57,473 nucleotides of DNA from a virus (lineage: Duplodnaviria > Caudoviricetes). Positions 9,157 to 18,432 of this stretch are shown piece by piece. Made by a program: the position numbers and the translations under genes. The stretch covers positions 1 through 57,473 of IMG/VR virus record IMGVR_UViG_3300036985_006568; one strand, given 5' to 3'. Each line of letters opens with the position of its first letter. Positions within the stretch are counted from its first letter, which is position 1. The notes under the pieces are model-generated. The model was not told the DNA's origin. It was given only the letters and a program-made list of their open reading frames with translations, and did no database searches.

Positions 9157-9619
9157 ACTTATTTGCTGGGATCTCTCTTCCGTTCAGGGCATAGTAGAAT
9201 AAGGTCTTACCAACAGGTATTGGACAGGTGGGGCCTAGCATGCACCAGGCCATCCTCTTACTTCCAAACAGTCGGTATATGCTACGGATAACTGCTTGAT
9301 CTAGGCACTTTAATTCGTTGCACCCCTTTATGGTCATCTTGTTATTGAAGGACAGGGGAGATAGGTTGTCATCCTCTATCGTGATCAACCCAAGATCTTT
9401 GACCACGGCCCTTATCATCTTAATCTTGTCGAGTGAAAGCATTAGCCCATTCACTGCATCAAGTAAGTCTGAGGGGCCTATCTTTATCTCTAGAAGCTTT
9501 GTCCTGCTTCCAAATTCCCAATATAGGGCAGCTGAGTTACCTTTACAGTATCTGTACAAGGTAGAGATCTCAGTCTTAGTTAGTGAATCAACCCTTGTGT
9601 CGAGCATGGCTACATTCAA
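9083..9619 (-). CDS. Hypothetical protein
   Basis: 178 aa ORF in the operon. Confidence 0.55.
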   Translation of the reverse strand: MNVAMLDTRVDSLTKTEISTLYRYCKGNSAALYWEFGSRTKLLEIKIGPSDLLDAVNGLMLSLDKIKMIRAVVKDLGLITIEDDNLSPLSFNNKMTIKGCNELKCLDQAVIRSIYRLFGSKRMAWCMLGPTCPIPVGKTLFYYALNGREIPANKCEAIVDSLMQYNKFLLEKRGGCNA

Positions 9620-9639
9620 CCTTTCTGTCTACTGGGTGG

Positions 9640-9873
9640 TCAGATGACATCCGTCAACTTTGCATAGCACCAGTAGCCACCTCTGCCCGCCCAGGAAATC
9701 TCTGCGTGATGGAGGTGACCATCCTGGCTCCACTTTATAAGGAAGAGACATACCTTTACTTTCTGGTTTCTCGTCAAGGTAAATGTATCTCTTCCCGGGT
9801 AAGAGGATCTTACTTCCGCCCCTTTCTTTACCACCACAATGTCCCCAAGCTTAATCTGCCGCTCAGTGCTCAT
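9640..9873 (-). CDS. Hypothetical protein
   Basis: ATGA coupling, GGAGG RBS. Confidence 0.5.
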   Translation of the reverse strand: MSTERQIKLGDIVVVKKGAEVRSSYPGRDTFTLTRNQKVKVCLFLIKWSQDGHLHHAEISWAGRGGYWCYAKLTDVI

Positions 9874-10226
9874 ACCGCCTCCTCAAAATGCTTGTTCAAC
9901 ATGTTAATCAAACTTGAGAGATTCTCTTCCAAGTACTTAACCCTAAGGGAAAGGTCCTGAACTACTAAAGACATATCTGATACCACCTCTTTATCACTGC
10001 CCAACGGGGCTAGACCTTCACTGGGTAGTTGGACTAAAGTCGATTCCGGTAGGCTAATAACCTTACAGACATGGCCCTCTAACTCCCATAACCATACTTG
10101 AGTGCCACCAAAATCATGACCCCTCACTATAAGAGTTGGATCACCATTGTCTAAAAGTACTGTTGCTTCCTGGCCTCTGTAGGCAATCACAGTGCCTTTT
10201 GGTAAAGAAGATCTGTTGGGATTCAT
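9870..10226 (-). CDS. Hypothetical protein with C-terminal coiled coil
   Basis: AGGAG RBS. Confidence 0.55.
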   Translation of the reverse strand: MNPNRSSLPKGTVIAYRGQEATVLLDNGDPTLIVRGHDFGGTQVWLWELEGHVCKVISLPESTLVQLPSEGLAPLGSDKEVVSDMSLVVQDLSLRVKYLEENLSSLINMLNKHFEEAV

Positions 10227-10235
10227 GGCCTGCTC

Positions 10236-10760
<525 letters not shown>

Positions 10761-10761
10761 C

Positions 10762-11016
10762 TTACTCTCCGAATAGAAGGCTGATTGATTTGTACGTTCC
10801 ATCCTTCATTAATTGCTTGTCTAGGTCCTCGAATCGCTTCACATTGATAGCAGTTCCACAACCACCACGCATAATCTCGTAGAAGGTCTGTATCCCTAAC
10901 CCTCTAAATTCTACATTGGATAAGAACAGTCCACCTAGGTCGCCGTTGCAGTAGACTTTTAATCTCATCATGACGTCGTTTGAGATATAATCTATCTTCT
11001 CTGTCCTTCGACCCAT
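10762..11016 (-). CDS. Hypothetical protein
   Basis: AGGAG RBS; lies between the two pentapeptide genes. Confidence 0.55.
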   Translation of the reverse strand: MGRRTEKIDYISNDVMMRLKVYCNGDLGGLFLSNVEFRGLGIQTFYEIMRGGCGTAINVKRFEDLDKQLMKDGTYKSISLLFGE

Positions 11017-11018
11017 GA

Positions 11019-11597
<579 letters not shown>

Positions 11598-11627
11598 GGC
11601 TAGTGTCCTTTCTAGATGCCTTTATAC

Positions 11628-11656
11628 ATTATAGGTCTTTTGGGTATTGAAGTAAA
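11628..11656 (-). promoter_or_regulatory. sigma70-type promoter
   Basis: TTTACT-17 nt-TATAAT upstream of the pentapeptide gene. Confidence 0.65.
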
Positions 11657-11859
11657 TAGTGTTTGTAAAATATATCTTGCCTATTACCGGGGTGCTTCTC
11701 TACCACCAACGGCAGGTTTTTAGTCCTAAATTACATGGCGTCCTCCTATGCCTCCTTGTTGGCGGCGTTTGAGTAGATGATCCTATCGTTTCGATATCAT
11801 CCCCTCTTCTCTCTTAACCCCAAAGGCCCGCCGATGCGAGCCAGAGGTGTGGGTATTGT

Positions 11860-11985
11860 TATTTGTATAGAGAGCGAATTGAGCGCAAAACTATATGAGG
11901 TATCAAAGTGTTTTTGTCGAGATATTACTATTTGTATAGAGAGCGAATTGAGCGCAAAACTATATGAGGTATCAAAGTGTTTTTG
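11860..11985. repeat. Tandem 57-bp direct repeat (11860-11916, 11929-11985) in a non-coding region
   Basis: tatttgtatagagagcgaattgagcgcaaaactatatgaggtatcaaagtgtttttg occurs twice, period 69. Confidence 0.9.
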
Positions 11986-12611
11986 AGATATGGTGGTATT
12001 TTTGAAGAAGTCAATAATTCAATAACGTGGAATGTAACGTCAAAGGTATTAATGTATGGGAGTATTGAGGATTAAATTTTAGGCAATAACAGGTGGTCTG
12101 TAGGCAATAATCCTGAATCATGAGGCCGGGCTCGTTTTCGTAAAGAATAATATCTCATAGAGTCTGGTGCTTAATCCTTCCCTTATACGTAAAGGAGAAA
12201 AAATGCACTTTTACGAGCTTGCAGTCTCATGCTTCAAGGTTATCGCTGGATTGCGTTGAGGACAACCTCGCCACTCATTGGGCGAGCGAAGTCCAGGGCA
12301 TTTGCCAGGTCTGCCGTAATCTCTGGCCCGATTGTAGTTGTCCGGATCCAGATACTAATACAGTTGGCCGTGCTCTTGTCAAAGTAGGAGACCCTCTGGT
12401 GTAGAGATGTGATCTTCGTCTTAGCCGCGTAGAGGATGAGGATCACCAGAGGTCCTCCCAGTAATCAGACAGCTTACACCTAAGGGAAAGTTCAACCTTG
12501 CAAGCAACAACATTAAGACCTGCACGGATAGCTCTCTTGAGTTGCTTCCTAGTAAGAAAAGTGGGGAAGCCATATAAAGAACTCTTTCTGACTCGCATAT
12601 TATGGTATCCT

Positions 12612-12887
12612 TTAGAGCATGTTTTCGGGGGAGTTATCATGGTGGATATCATCTTCATACTCACCACAGTCTAGGTCGCATTCTATCTTTCCAGTGAGGT
12701 CAATAAGTTCTTCGAGAAAGACCTCCCTGGCCTTTTTGACCTGCTGACGCATCGACTCCTTGGCTTCAGGACTGAGATCTTTCATTACCTCAGGACCGTT
12801 AAAAGCACTTTCCCAGTGGTCCAATGCCTTATCGAAGGTGTGCTCAAAAAGAGCGTGGTAGAATTCGAAATAGGTTTGAGTTGCCAC
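12612..12887 (-). CDS. Hypothetical acidic protein
   Basis: AAGGAG RBS, GTG start. Confidence 0.6.
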   Translation of the reverse strand: MATQTYFEFYHALFEHTFDKALDHWESAFNGPEVMKDLSPEAKESMRQQVKKAREVFLEELIDLTGKIECDLDCGEYEDDIHHDNSPENML

Positions 12888-12904
12888 GTTTTACTCCTTT
12901 AGAC

Positions 12905-12944
12905 AACTATGGGGTCCCTAGTTTAATCCTGGAACCCCATAGTT
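12905..12944 (-). other. Long intergenic hairpin without a U-tract
   Basis: AACTATGGGGTTCC / GGGACCCCATAGTT 14-bp stem on the minus strand. Confidence 0.7.
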
Positions 12945-12961
12945 ATTAGTTGGAAGAGTTA

Positions 12962-13348
12962 CTAACTTGTGACGATTTCCTTTGTGATCAAACCATTCTT
13001 GATGAGGAGGGGGATGTAGTAGAAGATGACACGGCTGACTTCCTGCCTGGTCTTGAGCTCTTCGATGGTGATACTATTGACGAGGGCCTGGCGATCGCAC
13101 ATGCCGAACTCTCCACAGATCATAGAGATGTGGGAGTAGATGACTGAACACTGAGAATTCAACTTGTCTTCCTCGGTGACCTCACGGCCAAGGAGGTAGG
13201 CAATGCTCTTCGTCACCTTGGCGACGGGAGCAACCTTTTCCTTCTTCACGCGGGGGGCCTTTACCACGGCAGCAGTAATCGCCGGACTAATGACCTCCTG
13301 GCCGTCAGAACCTTCGATGATCTCGGCAACCTTACTCTTCTTAGCCAT
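12962..13348 (-). CDS. Putative DNA-binding protein (Lys/Ala-rich N-terminus plus winged-helix-like domain)
   Basis: LKTRQEVSRVIFYYIPLLIKNGLI; paralog of 15704-16003; AAAGGAG RBS. Confidence 0.6.
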   Translation of the reverse strand: MAKKSKVAEIIEGSDGQEVISPAITAAVVKAPRVKKEKVAPVAKVTKSIAYLLGREVTEEDKLNSQCSVIYSHISMICGEFGMCDRQALVNSITIEELKTRQEVSRVIFYYIPLLIKNGLITKEIVTS

Positions 13349-13365
13349 TGCTGGCTCCTTTCTGA

Positions 13366-13385
13366 AAGACCTATCGATAGGTCTT
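13366..13385. promoter_or_regulatory. Perfect 20-bp palindrome (operator or hairpin)
   Basis: AAGACCTATCGATAGGTCTT directly upstream of the RBS. Confidence 0.6.
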
Positions 13386-13472
13386 AGTGGTTATTGTCTC
13401 AATGCAGGAGAAGTTCCAGCATTAGAGTGTGGGGCATTTGTTCTTCTTTCGAGTTGTAGATTTACTCTACAT

Positions 13473-13506
13473 CTATAATTATAGTCCAGATTTCACTCCA
13501 GGACAT
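13473..13506 (-). promoter_or_regulatory. sigma70-type promoter with CTGGAC-TATAATTATAG motif
   Basis: ATGTCC-17 nt-TATAAT; motif shared with 52035-52067. Confidence 0.55.
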
Positions 13507-13723
13507 ACTTTTTTGAGATATTCCTGATAAATTTTACGATTAATATACCCTGTTTCTTAACCCATCTTCTTGAAAGCTTTCTCCCAGGCTTTCCTTGCAG
13601 AGTAATCAGGCAGCTTCCTCGCAGGAATGAAACCCCGTCCATAACAGACCTGGCATTTGTAATCATTGATGGCTCCTTCACCATTACACTCAGGGCAGGT
13701 TATGATGTAACGAATCAGGCGTC

Positions 13724-13852
13724 TCATACCGCACCTGGGAGGACGCCGAAGATCATCAGGTAGAGCTTGTAGATGAACACGAGCATGAGACCAAGCACTG
13801 ACAGTTCAACAACACGAACCAGAAGATCGAGGATTTCATTGAGGCGGTTCAT
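13724..13852 (-). CDS. Small membrane peptide (42 aa, not in the ORF track)
   Basis: Hand translation MNRLNEILDLLVRVVELSVLGLMLVFIYKLYLMIFGVLPGAV. Confidence 0.45.
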   Translation of the reverse strand: MNRLNEILDLLVRVVELSVLGLMLVFIYKLYLMIFGVLPGAV

Positions 13853-14091
13853 TGGACTGTCAACTTAAAGGTGCACTCGAAGAACTCAGGTGCGTAGGTG
13901 GTATCAAACACGCTGGGATCAAGGGCGCGGACTGAATTTGCCTCCTTAGAGGTATACGCGGCCACTCGTCCAGTTGAATTTTCACTGCATGGAGGAAAAA
14001 GGCCTGTCAGCCTGTAATAGACACCGGTTCTCGTCCTTAACCAGTCACCTGGTATGAGGGGAGTTCCATACTTGTTGTAGAGTTTATACAT
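13849..14091 (-). CDS. Hypothetical protein
   Basis: GGAG RBS before MYKLYNK. Confidence 0.55.
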   Translation of the reverse strand: MYKLYNKYGTPLIPGDWLRTRTGVYYRLTGLFPPCSENSTGRVAAYTSKEANSVRALDPSVFDTTYAPEFFECTFKLTVQ

Positions 14092-14159
14092 GTTTCGCTC
14101 CGTTCCTGCAGGATTGCAGGCTGGAACCACCTATACTGTGGGGTGGCTCCCGTCTGGAA

Positions 14160-14354
14160 TCACACTAAGCATGTTACCCTATTAAGATTCTTTGCGACTT
14201 GAAGTTGATCTTTAATTTCATCTCGTTCTTTAAAAGCAGAAATCATTGCCCACTTATATGCACGGGCGGCATGCTCCCAGCAGTATTTGCCTTTGCTGAA
14301 TTCAAACTCGTCGAATGTGAGTTGGATGTTGCACTTGTTACAGAAGGATTTCAT
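14160..14354 (-). CDS. Small Zn-finger-like protein
   Basis: CNKC...CWEH; AGGAGA RBS. Confidence 0.55.
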   Translation of the reverse strand: MKSFCNKCNIQLTFDEFEFSKGKYCWEHAARAYKWAMISAFKERDEIKDQLQVAKNLNRVTCLV

Positions 14355-14395
14355 CTGGATTCTCCTGTCTTGATGAAGGATAGATTTATTTCCTA

Positions 14396-14558
14396 TATAA
14401 TTATAATTCCAGATTTTACGGAGTGTAACCTTTGCCCGGAATAATAGTTAAAATAGCTTTTTGCCTGGAAATTGTTTTCGCGTGGTGGGTATCTTTTGAA
14501 AACCATTGTCGTCCGATGGCACTTACTCGTGTACAAATGCTCAATCAGGTTGTATAAT
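14396..14558. promoter_or_regulatory. Divergent promoter pair
   Basis: Minus strand: GTTACA-18-TATAAT (14400-14429); plus strand: TGTACA-17-TATAAT (14530-14558). Confidence 0.55.
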
Positions 14559-14583
14559 TCTAAAGGCACAGGGGGCAAAGAAC

Positions 14584-15240
14584 ATGGGATATGGTGGAAT
14601 TGAGAACAAAGGTAAGGAAGAACTGAAAGTGATCTATAAGGCAATGATCTTAAATCTGCGTAAGAAGGGGTATCCGTTTCAAAAAATTGCAGATGAGATA
14701 GGCATACCGATGCAGACGGCATACCTTTATTATCGTGAGGAGATGGTAGTTGCGGCGAAACGTCGTGATGAGGACCAACCCATATTTTTAGAGCAGACCA
14801 TTGCTGGATTCGATCAACTTGAGGAAATAATCCTGGCCCGGGGTCGTATCAACCTGGAGGCGAGTCTAAGGCGGGCGGAGATGCACCACAAGGAGTCACT
14901 TGGGAAGGCAGGTCAGGTAGCTGGTCGCAACACCCGTGAGTGGGAGATAGAACTCAGTCGACTTAGTCAGTTATCCGAATGCACCCTTGGCATGGAGAAT
15001 GAGGACATTGATAGGTTGCAAAAGATCCGTGATCGTAGAGCCTCGTTCCTTGGTGTAGAACCACCACAGAAGATTGCTGTTGAGCATGTAATCGTGACGC
15101 AGGCTAATGCTGCTCAGTCACGGCTACGCATGAAGTTAGGGATAGACGAAAAAGTGCCCGAGGCCGAGGTTGTTGAGCCGGTTGAAGTTGGGGATGGTGG
15201 GGTCGGTATTGGTGAGAGTGGGATTGCTGAGGGTTCCTGA
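14584..15240 (+). CDS. Putative terminase small subunit (N-terminal HTH)
   Basis: LNLRKKGYPFQKIADEIG HTH and IDRLQKIRDRRASFLGVEPP.KI motif typical of HTH-type TerS; same strand as and upstream of TerL. Confidence 0.65.
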   Translation: MGYGGIENKGKEELKVIYKAMILNLRKKGYPFQKIADEIGIPMQTAYLYYREEMVVAAKRRDEDQPIFLEQTIAGFDQLEEIILARGRINLEASLRRAEMHHKESLGKAGQVAGRNTREWEIELSRLSQLSECTLGMENEDIDRLQKIRDRRASFLGVEPPQKIAVEHVIVTQANAAQSRLRMKLGIDEKVPEAEVVEPVEVGDGGVGIGESGIAEGS

Positions 15241-15399
15241 AGATGGTGGAAGCGGGATGTCATAGTCGTAGTCGGCATGATGTGGATCATTCTCAAAAAG
15301 GTAGGAAGGGTCGTTGGCACGCATGTTGGACTCCGTTTCAGAGTGGATCCCTACCCGTGAGTAGGAACCAGATGAAGTAGATGAACTCCCAAAGGTAGT

Positions 15400-15621
15400 T
15401 CATGAGTTGGTTAAGCACAAGATGTTCTCGTCGGTATTCGTAAGAGCACGTTCGAGACGATTGATGACAGGTGTGTAGGGATCCGCTTGAAGGGGTCGCG
15501 TACCGTTCGCAGTCGCAGGTAACTGATTCCGGTAGATTGCCCGCAGGTTACAGAGCCGGTCGAGATCCTTTTCGAGAACGTAGGAAAGAGTTATGAGTAA
15601 AGGTAGATATGCTTGAGTCAT
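15400..15621 (-). CDS. Hypothetical early protein
   Basis: Follows 69-bp repeat copy 1 with AAGGGGG RBS. Confidence 0.55.
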   Translation of the reverse strand: MTQAYLPLLITLSYVLEKDLDRLCNLRAIYRNQLPATANGTRPLQADPYTPVINRLERALTNTDENILCLTNS

Positions 15622-15703
15622 AAAAGACCCCCTTTGTGATTAATCACTCATGAGTAAGTGATTAATGAAATGCTCATTGAAGAGCACTTCACTAATGACT
15701 TAT

Positions 15704-16003
15704 TTAAAGAAGGATTGAAAAGGTGGAACCTCGCATGGATTCATAATTAATTAATTCACATGCTTTGAGAAGTGGCAAATAATAATTAACAATTCGCTTT
15801 ACACTTTGTCGCGTATGAAGGTCCTCTTGAATGAATGACTTAATGATGTCTTCGCGTGCACACTCACCATTCACTTCTTTGCAAGCCTTTGCAATGGCTT
15901 GCATTACAAGCGCTGCCTGAGGAGGAATGCTCCTCTTGCATGATGTATTCATGAGTGTAATTTTACACTCACATGATGTATGGTTAGTTATATTGATAGA
16001 CAT
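15704..16003 (-). CDS. Winged-helix-like early protein, paralog of 12962-13348
   Basis: LHTRQSVKRIVNYYLPLLKACELI; GAGGTGA RBS. Confidence 0.65.
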   Translation of the reverse strand: MSINITNHTSCECKITLMNTSCKRSIPPQAALVMQAIAKACKEVNGECAREDIIKSFIQEDLHTRQSVKRIVNYYLPLLKACELINYESMRGSTFSILL

Positions 16004-16080
16004 GTTATCACCTCTTGTGATTAATCACTCATGAGTAAGTGATTAATGAAATGCTCATTGAAGAGCACTTCACTAATGAC

Positions 16081-16326
16081 TTAATCATAATGAATGGTGA
16101 GGCCAACCATTCCTAATTCATTTAAATTAATCATAATAACGTTAAGTACTTCGTATTCAATGTTTGGAAAATGATTTACAAGATCATTCATTGACACTTC
16201 ATCACGCTCGTTTTTATGTTTTTTAAGGACTTTTATAAAAAACTTTTCAACATCGTTTAATTCATCTAAATGAATGAATTCTTCATCATTGATTTGAATA
16301 TCTATAATAGTAAATTCTCTTTTCAT
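16081..16326 (-). CDS. Acidic helical early protein
   Basis: GAGGTGA RBS adjacent to the repeat; stop codon overlaps the next repeat copy. Confidence 0.65.
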   Translation of the reverse strand: MKREFTIIDIQINDEEFIHLDELNDVEKFFIKVLKKHKNERDEVSMNDLVNHFPNIEYEVLNVIMINLNELGMVGLTIHYD

Positions 16327-16425
16327 GACTCACCTCTTGTGATTAATCACTCATGAGTAAGTGATTAATGAAATGCTCATTGAAGAGCACTTCACTAATG
16401 ACTTACTAATTATGTGTTGTTAATA

Positions 16426-16506
16426 CTAAGAAGTAATGAATAACACATAACCAAAGATCATCAGTGCTGGTAATGAGTAAGCAATGACTACTACGATGTA
16501 TCTCAT
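16426..16506 (-). CDS. 26-aa hydrophobic peptide
   Basis: AGGAGA RBS; MRYIVVVIAYSLPALMIFGYVLFITS. Confidence 0.45.
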   Translation of the reverse strand: MRYIVVVIAYSLPALMIFGYVLFITS

Positions 16507-16599
16507 GTTATCTCCTATGTATTAAGTGTAATCTATTAGTGTTAATAACCATCATTTTTTATTAATAAACAAAAATATATTTTTATTATTTTCTTATTA

Positions 16600-16856
16600 A
16601 GAAAGAACTATGCCATATAGATTATACATTAAGATATATATCATGCCAATTAGTTATTAATAAAGTAAATGATAGCAAGAACTATGCCATATTAACTATC
16701 TATAATATATCATCAAATATAGCGTTATATGATAAATGATACATAATTTTAATATATTATTTATTATATTATATTTATATAATTATATTATATATATCAT
16801 TTATTAAGCAATATCAATGCCATTATGAATGAATAATGAAGATATATTCTATGCCA
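16600..16856 (-). promoter_or_regulatory. Cluster of sigma54 (-24/-12)-type promoters in a very AT-rich region
   Basis: TGGCATAGTTCTTGCT (16674-16689) and TGGCATTGATATTGCT (16807-16822) match GG-N10-GC; three more TGGCAT sites nearby. Confidence 0.6.
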
Positions 16857-17039
16857 ATTAACCATTGATAATAAAGATATGTGTAAATTATTAGAACTTA
16901 TGATAAATGCGTATACTACCAGCCAAACATGCAACGGGGAAAAAGTTGAGGTTGTTCGTTTGAGGTTTGTGAATTGAGACATCACTATCTAACATCCTCA
17001 GAAAGGTCCGGGAGCCGTGAGTAAAAAACCAAACCCCTA

Positions 17040-17068
17040 TTTACATCTCTTCACGCACGACCTATAAT
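17040..17068 (+). promoter_or_regulatory. sigma70-type promoter for terL (probably leaderless)
   Basis: TTTACA-17 nt-TATAAT, 6 nt before the ATG. Confidence 0.65.
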
Positions 17069-17074
17069 AGATCT

Positions 17075-18385
17075 ATGAAGCGTGCATCCTCTGAAGAAAG
17101 AACCCGAGTCCTTAAACTAGCCGCCATGTCCTCTGACCCCATGGACGCGCTTGTAGCGTCCTATATGTGGCGGGACCTGATCGCGCGTGATGATCAGTTG
17201 TGCCCAGATATACATTCACCAGACTGGACCTACTGGATCCCACTGGCAGGACGCGGGTGGGGTAAGACGCGTTCGGGAGCCGAGTTTACTCGTGAGATGA
17301 AAGACATCGTCTCCCGTATAGCTTTGATAGGCCCTACGGCGTCAGATTGCCGGGATACGATAATAGAGGGAGAATCAGGCATCCTGGCTACAGCGCCTCC
17401 CTGGGATCGTCCCTTATACGAACCGAGTAAAAGAAAACTAACCTGGCTGAATGGGAGTGTAGCTTATACTTATTCCGCAGAAGAACCAGAACGACTTAGA
17501 GGACCACAGCATGGCGCGGGTTGGTGTGATGAACTTTGTGCATGGAAATATCCTGAAACATGGGATATGTTCCTATTCGGTCTGCGATTAGGCAAATCAC
17601 CAAAAGTTGCTATTACAACCACGCCTAAACCAACCCCTTTAATTAAACAATTAATCAAAGATAAGCTAGCAGTGGTCGTAAGAGGATCAACGTATGACAA
17701 CCTTGAAAACCTAGCAGGAACCTTCCGGAAGACGGTTGTAGAAAAATTTGAGGGAACGAGGTTAGGGCGCCAGGAATTACATGCCGAGATCCTAGAAGAT
17801 AACGAACGTGCCCTCTGGACCCGGAAGATGATTGATCCATACCGGTTACAGAAAAAGGAACTTCCAGACTTCGAACGGGTAATTGTAGCAGTTGATCCAG
17901 CAATCACGTCGAATGAACTCTCTGCAGAGACAGGGATTATTGTGGCGGCAAGAGGGATTGATAAACGATTGTATGTGTTAGACGATTTCAGTTGCAAGCT
18001 ATCCCCCGACCAGTGGGCTCGACGTGTAAAGATTGCCGCGGAGGTTTGGCATACAGATAGAGTTATCGGTGAGATAAACAATGGTGGAGATCTAGTAGAG
18101 GCGGTAATACGTCACGTGATGCCAAATGCTTCATACAAATCAGTTCGTGCCTCTAGAGGAAAGATCACCAGGGCAGAACCGATAGCTGCATTATATGAAC
18201 AAGGTCGGGTAAGTCATCTCGGTGCCATGCCCACCCTAGAAGATCAACTTTGCGATTATGATCCGGTTAATAGTGATAGGAGTCCAGATAGATTAGATGC
18301 TCTTGTTTGGGCGTTAACAGAACTCTCAGAACAGGGGTTTAATTCAACTGAGATCATTTCATTGGGAAGGCGTTTGCATAGATAA
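17075..18385 (+). CDS. terL: Terminase large subunit
   Basis: AGRGWGKTR Walker A, LRGPQ..WCDE Walker B, ITTTPKP, VAVDPA nuclease, SPDRLDALVWA. Confidence 0.97.
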   Translation: MKRASSEERTRVLKLAAMSSDPMDALVASYMWRDLIARDDQLCPDIHSPDWTYWIPLAGRGWGKTRSGAEFTREMKDIVSRIALIGPTASDCRDTIIEGESGILATAPPWDRPLYEPSKRKLTWLNGSVAYTYSAEEPERLRGPQHGAGWCDELCAWKYPETWDMFLFGLRLGKSPKVAITTTPKPTPLIKQLIKDKLAVVVRGSTYDNLENLAGTFRKTVVEKFEGTRLGRQELHAEILEDNERALWTRKMIDPYRLQKKELPDFERVIVAVDPAITSNELSAETGIIVAARGIDKRLYVLDDFSCKLSPDQWARRVKIAAEVWHTDRVIGEINNGGDLVEAVIRHVMPNASYKSVRASRGKITRAEPIAALYEQGRVSHLGAMPTLEDQLCDYDPVNSDRSPDRLDALVWALTELSEQGFNSTEIISLGRRLHR

Positions 18386-18393
18386 AATAATAA

Positions 18394-18426
18394 TTTACCT
18401 GGACTGGATTTTGACCTATAATTATA
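18394..18426 (+). promoter_or_regulatory. sigma70-type late promoter
   Basis: TTTACC-17 nt-TATAATTATA with CTGGA motifs. Confidence 0.6.
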
Positions 18427-18432
18427 TATGAG

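Larger units (their letters stand above)
15634..16405 (-). repeat. Three identical 69-bp intergenic hairpin repeats (15634-15702, 16015-16083, 16337-16405)
   Basis: ttgtgattaatcactcatgagtaagtgattaatgaaatgctcattgaagagcacttcactaatgactta occurs three times. Confidence 0.95.

Noticed and set aside
11860-11985. Mini-CRISPR or coding repeat (ORF 11777-11986)
   Set aside because: Only two 57-bp copies with a 12-bp gap; the ORF lacks an RBS and runs against the local gene direction
15634-16405. CRISPR array or integron attC array
   Set aside because: Repeats are 69 bp with 250-310 bp gene-containing spacers; no cas genes or integron integrase; no RYYYAAC/GTTRRRY ends
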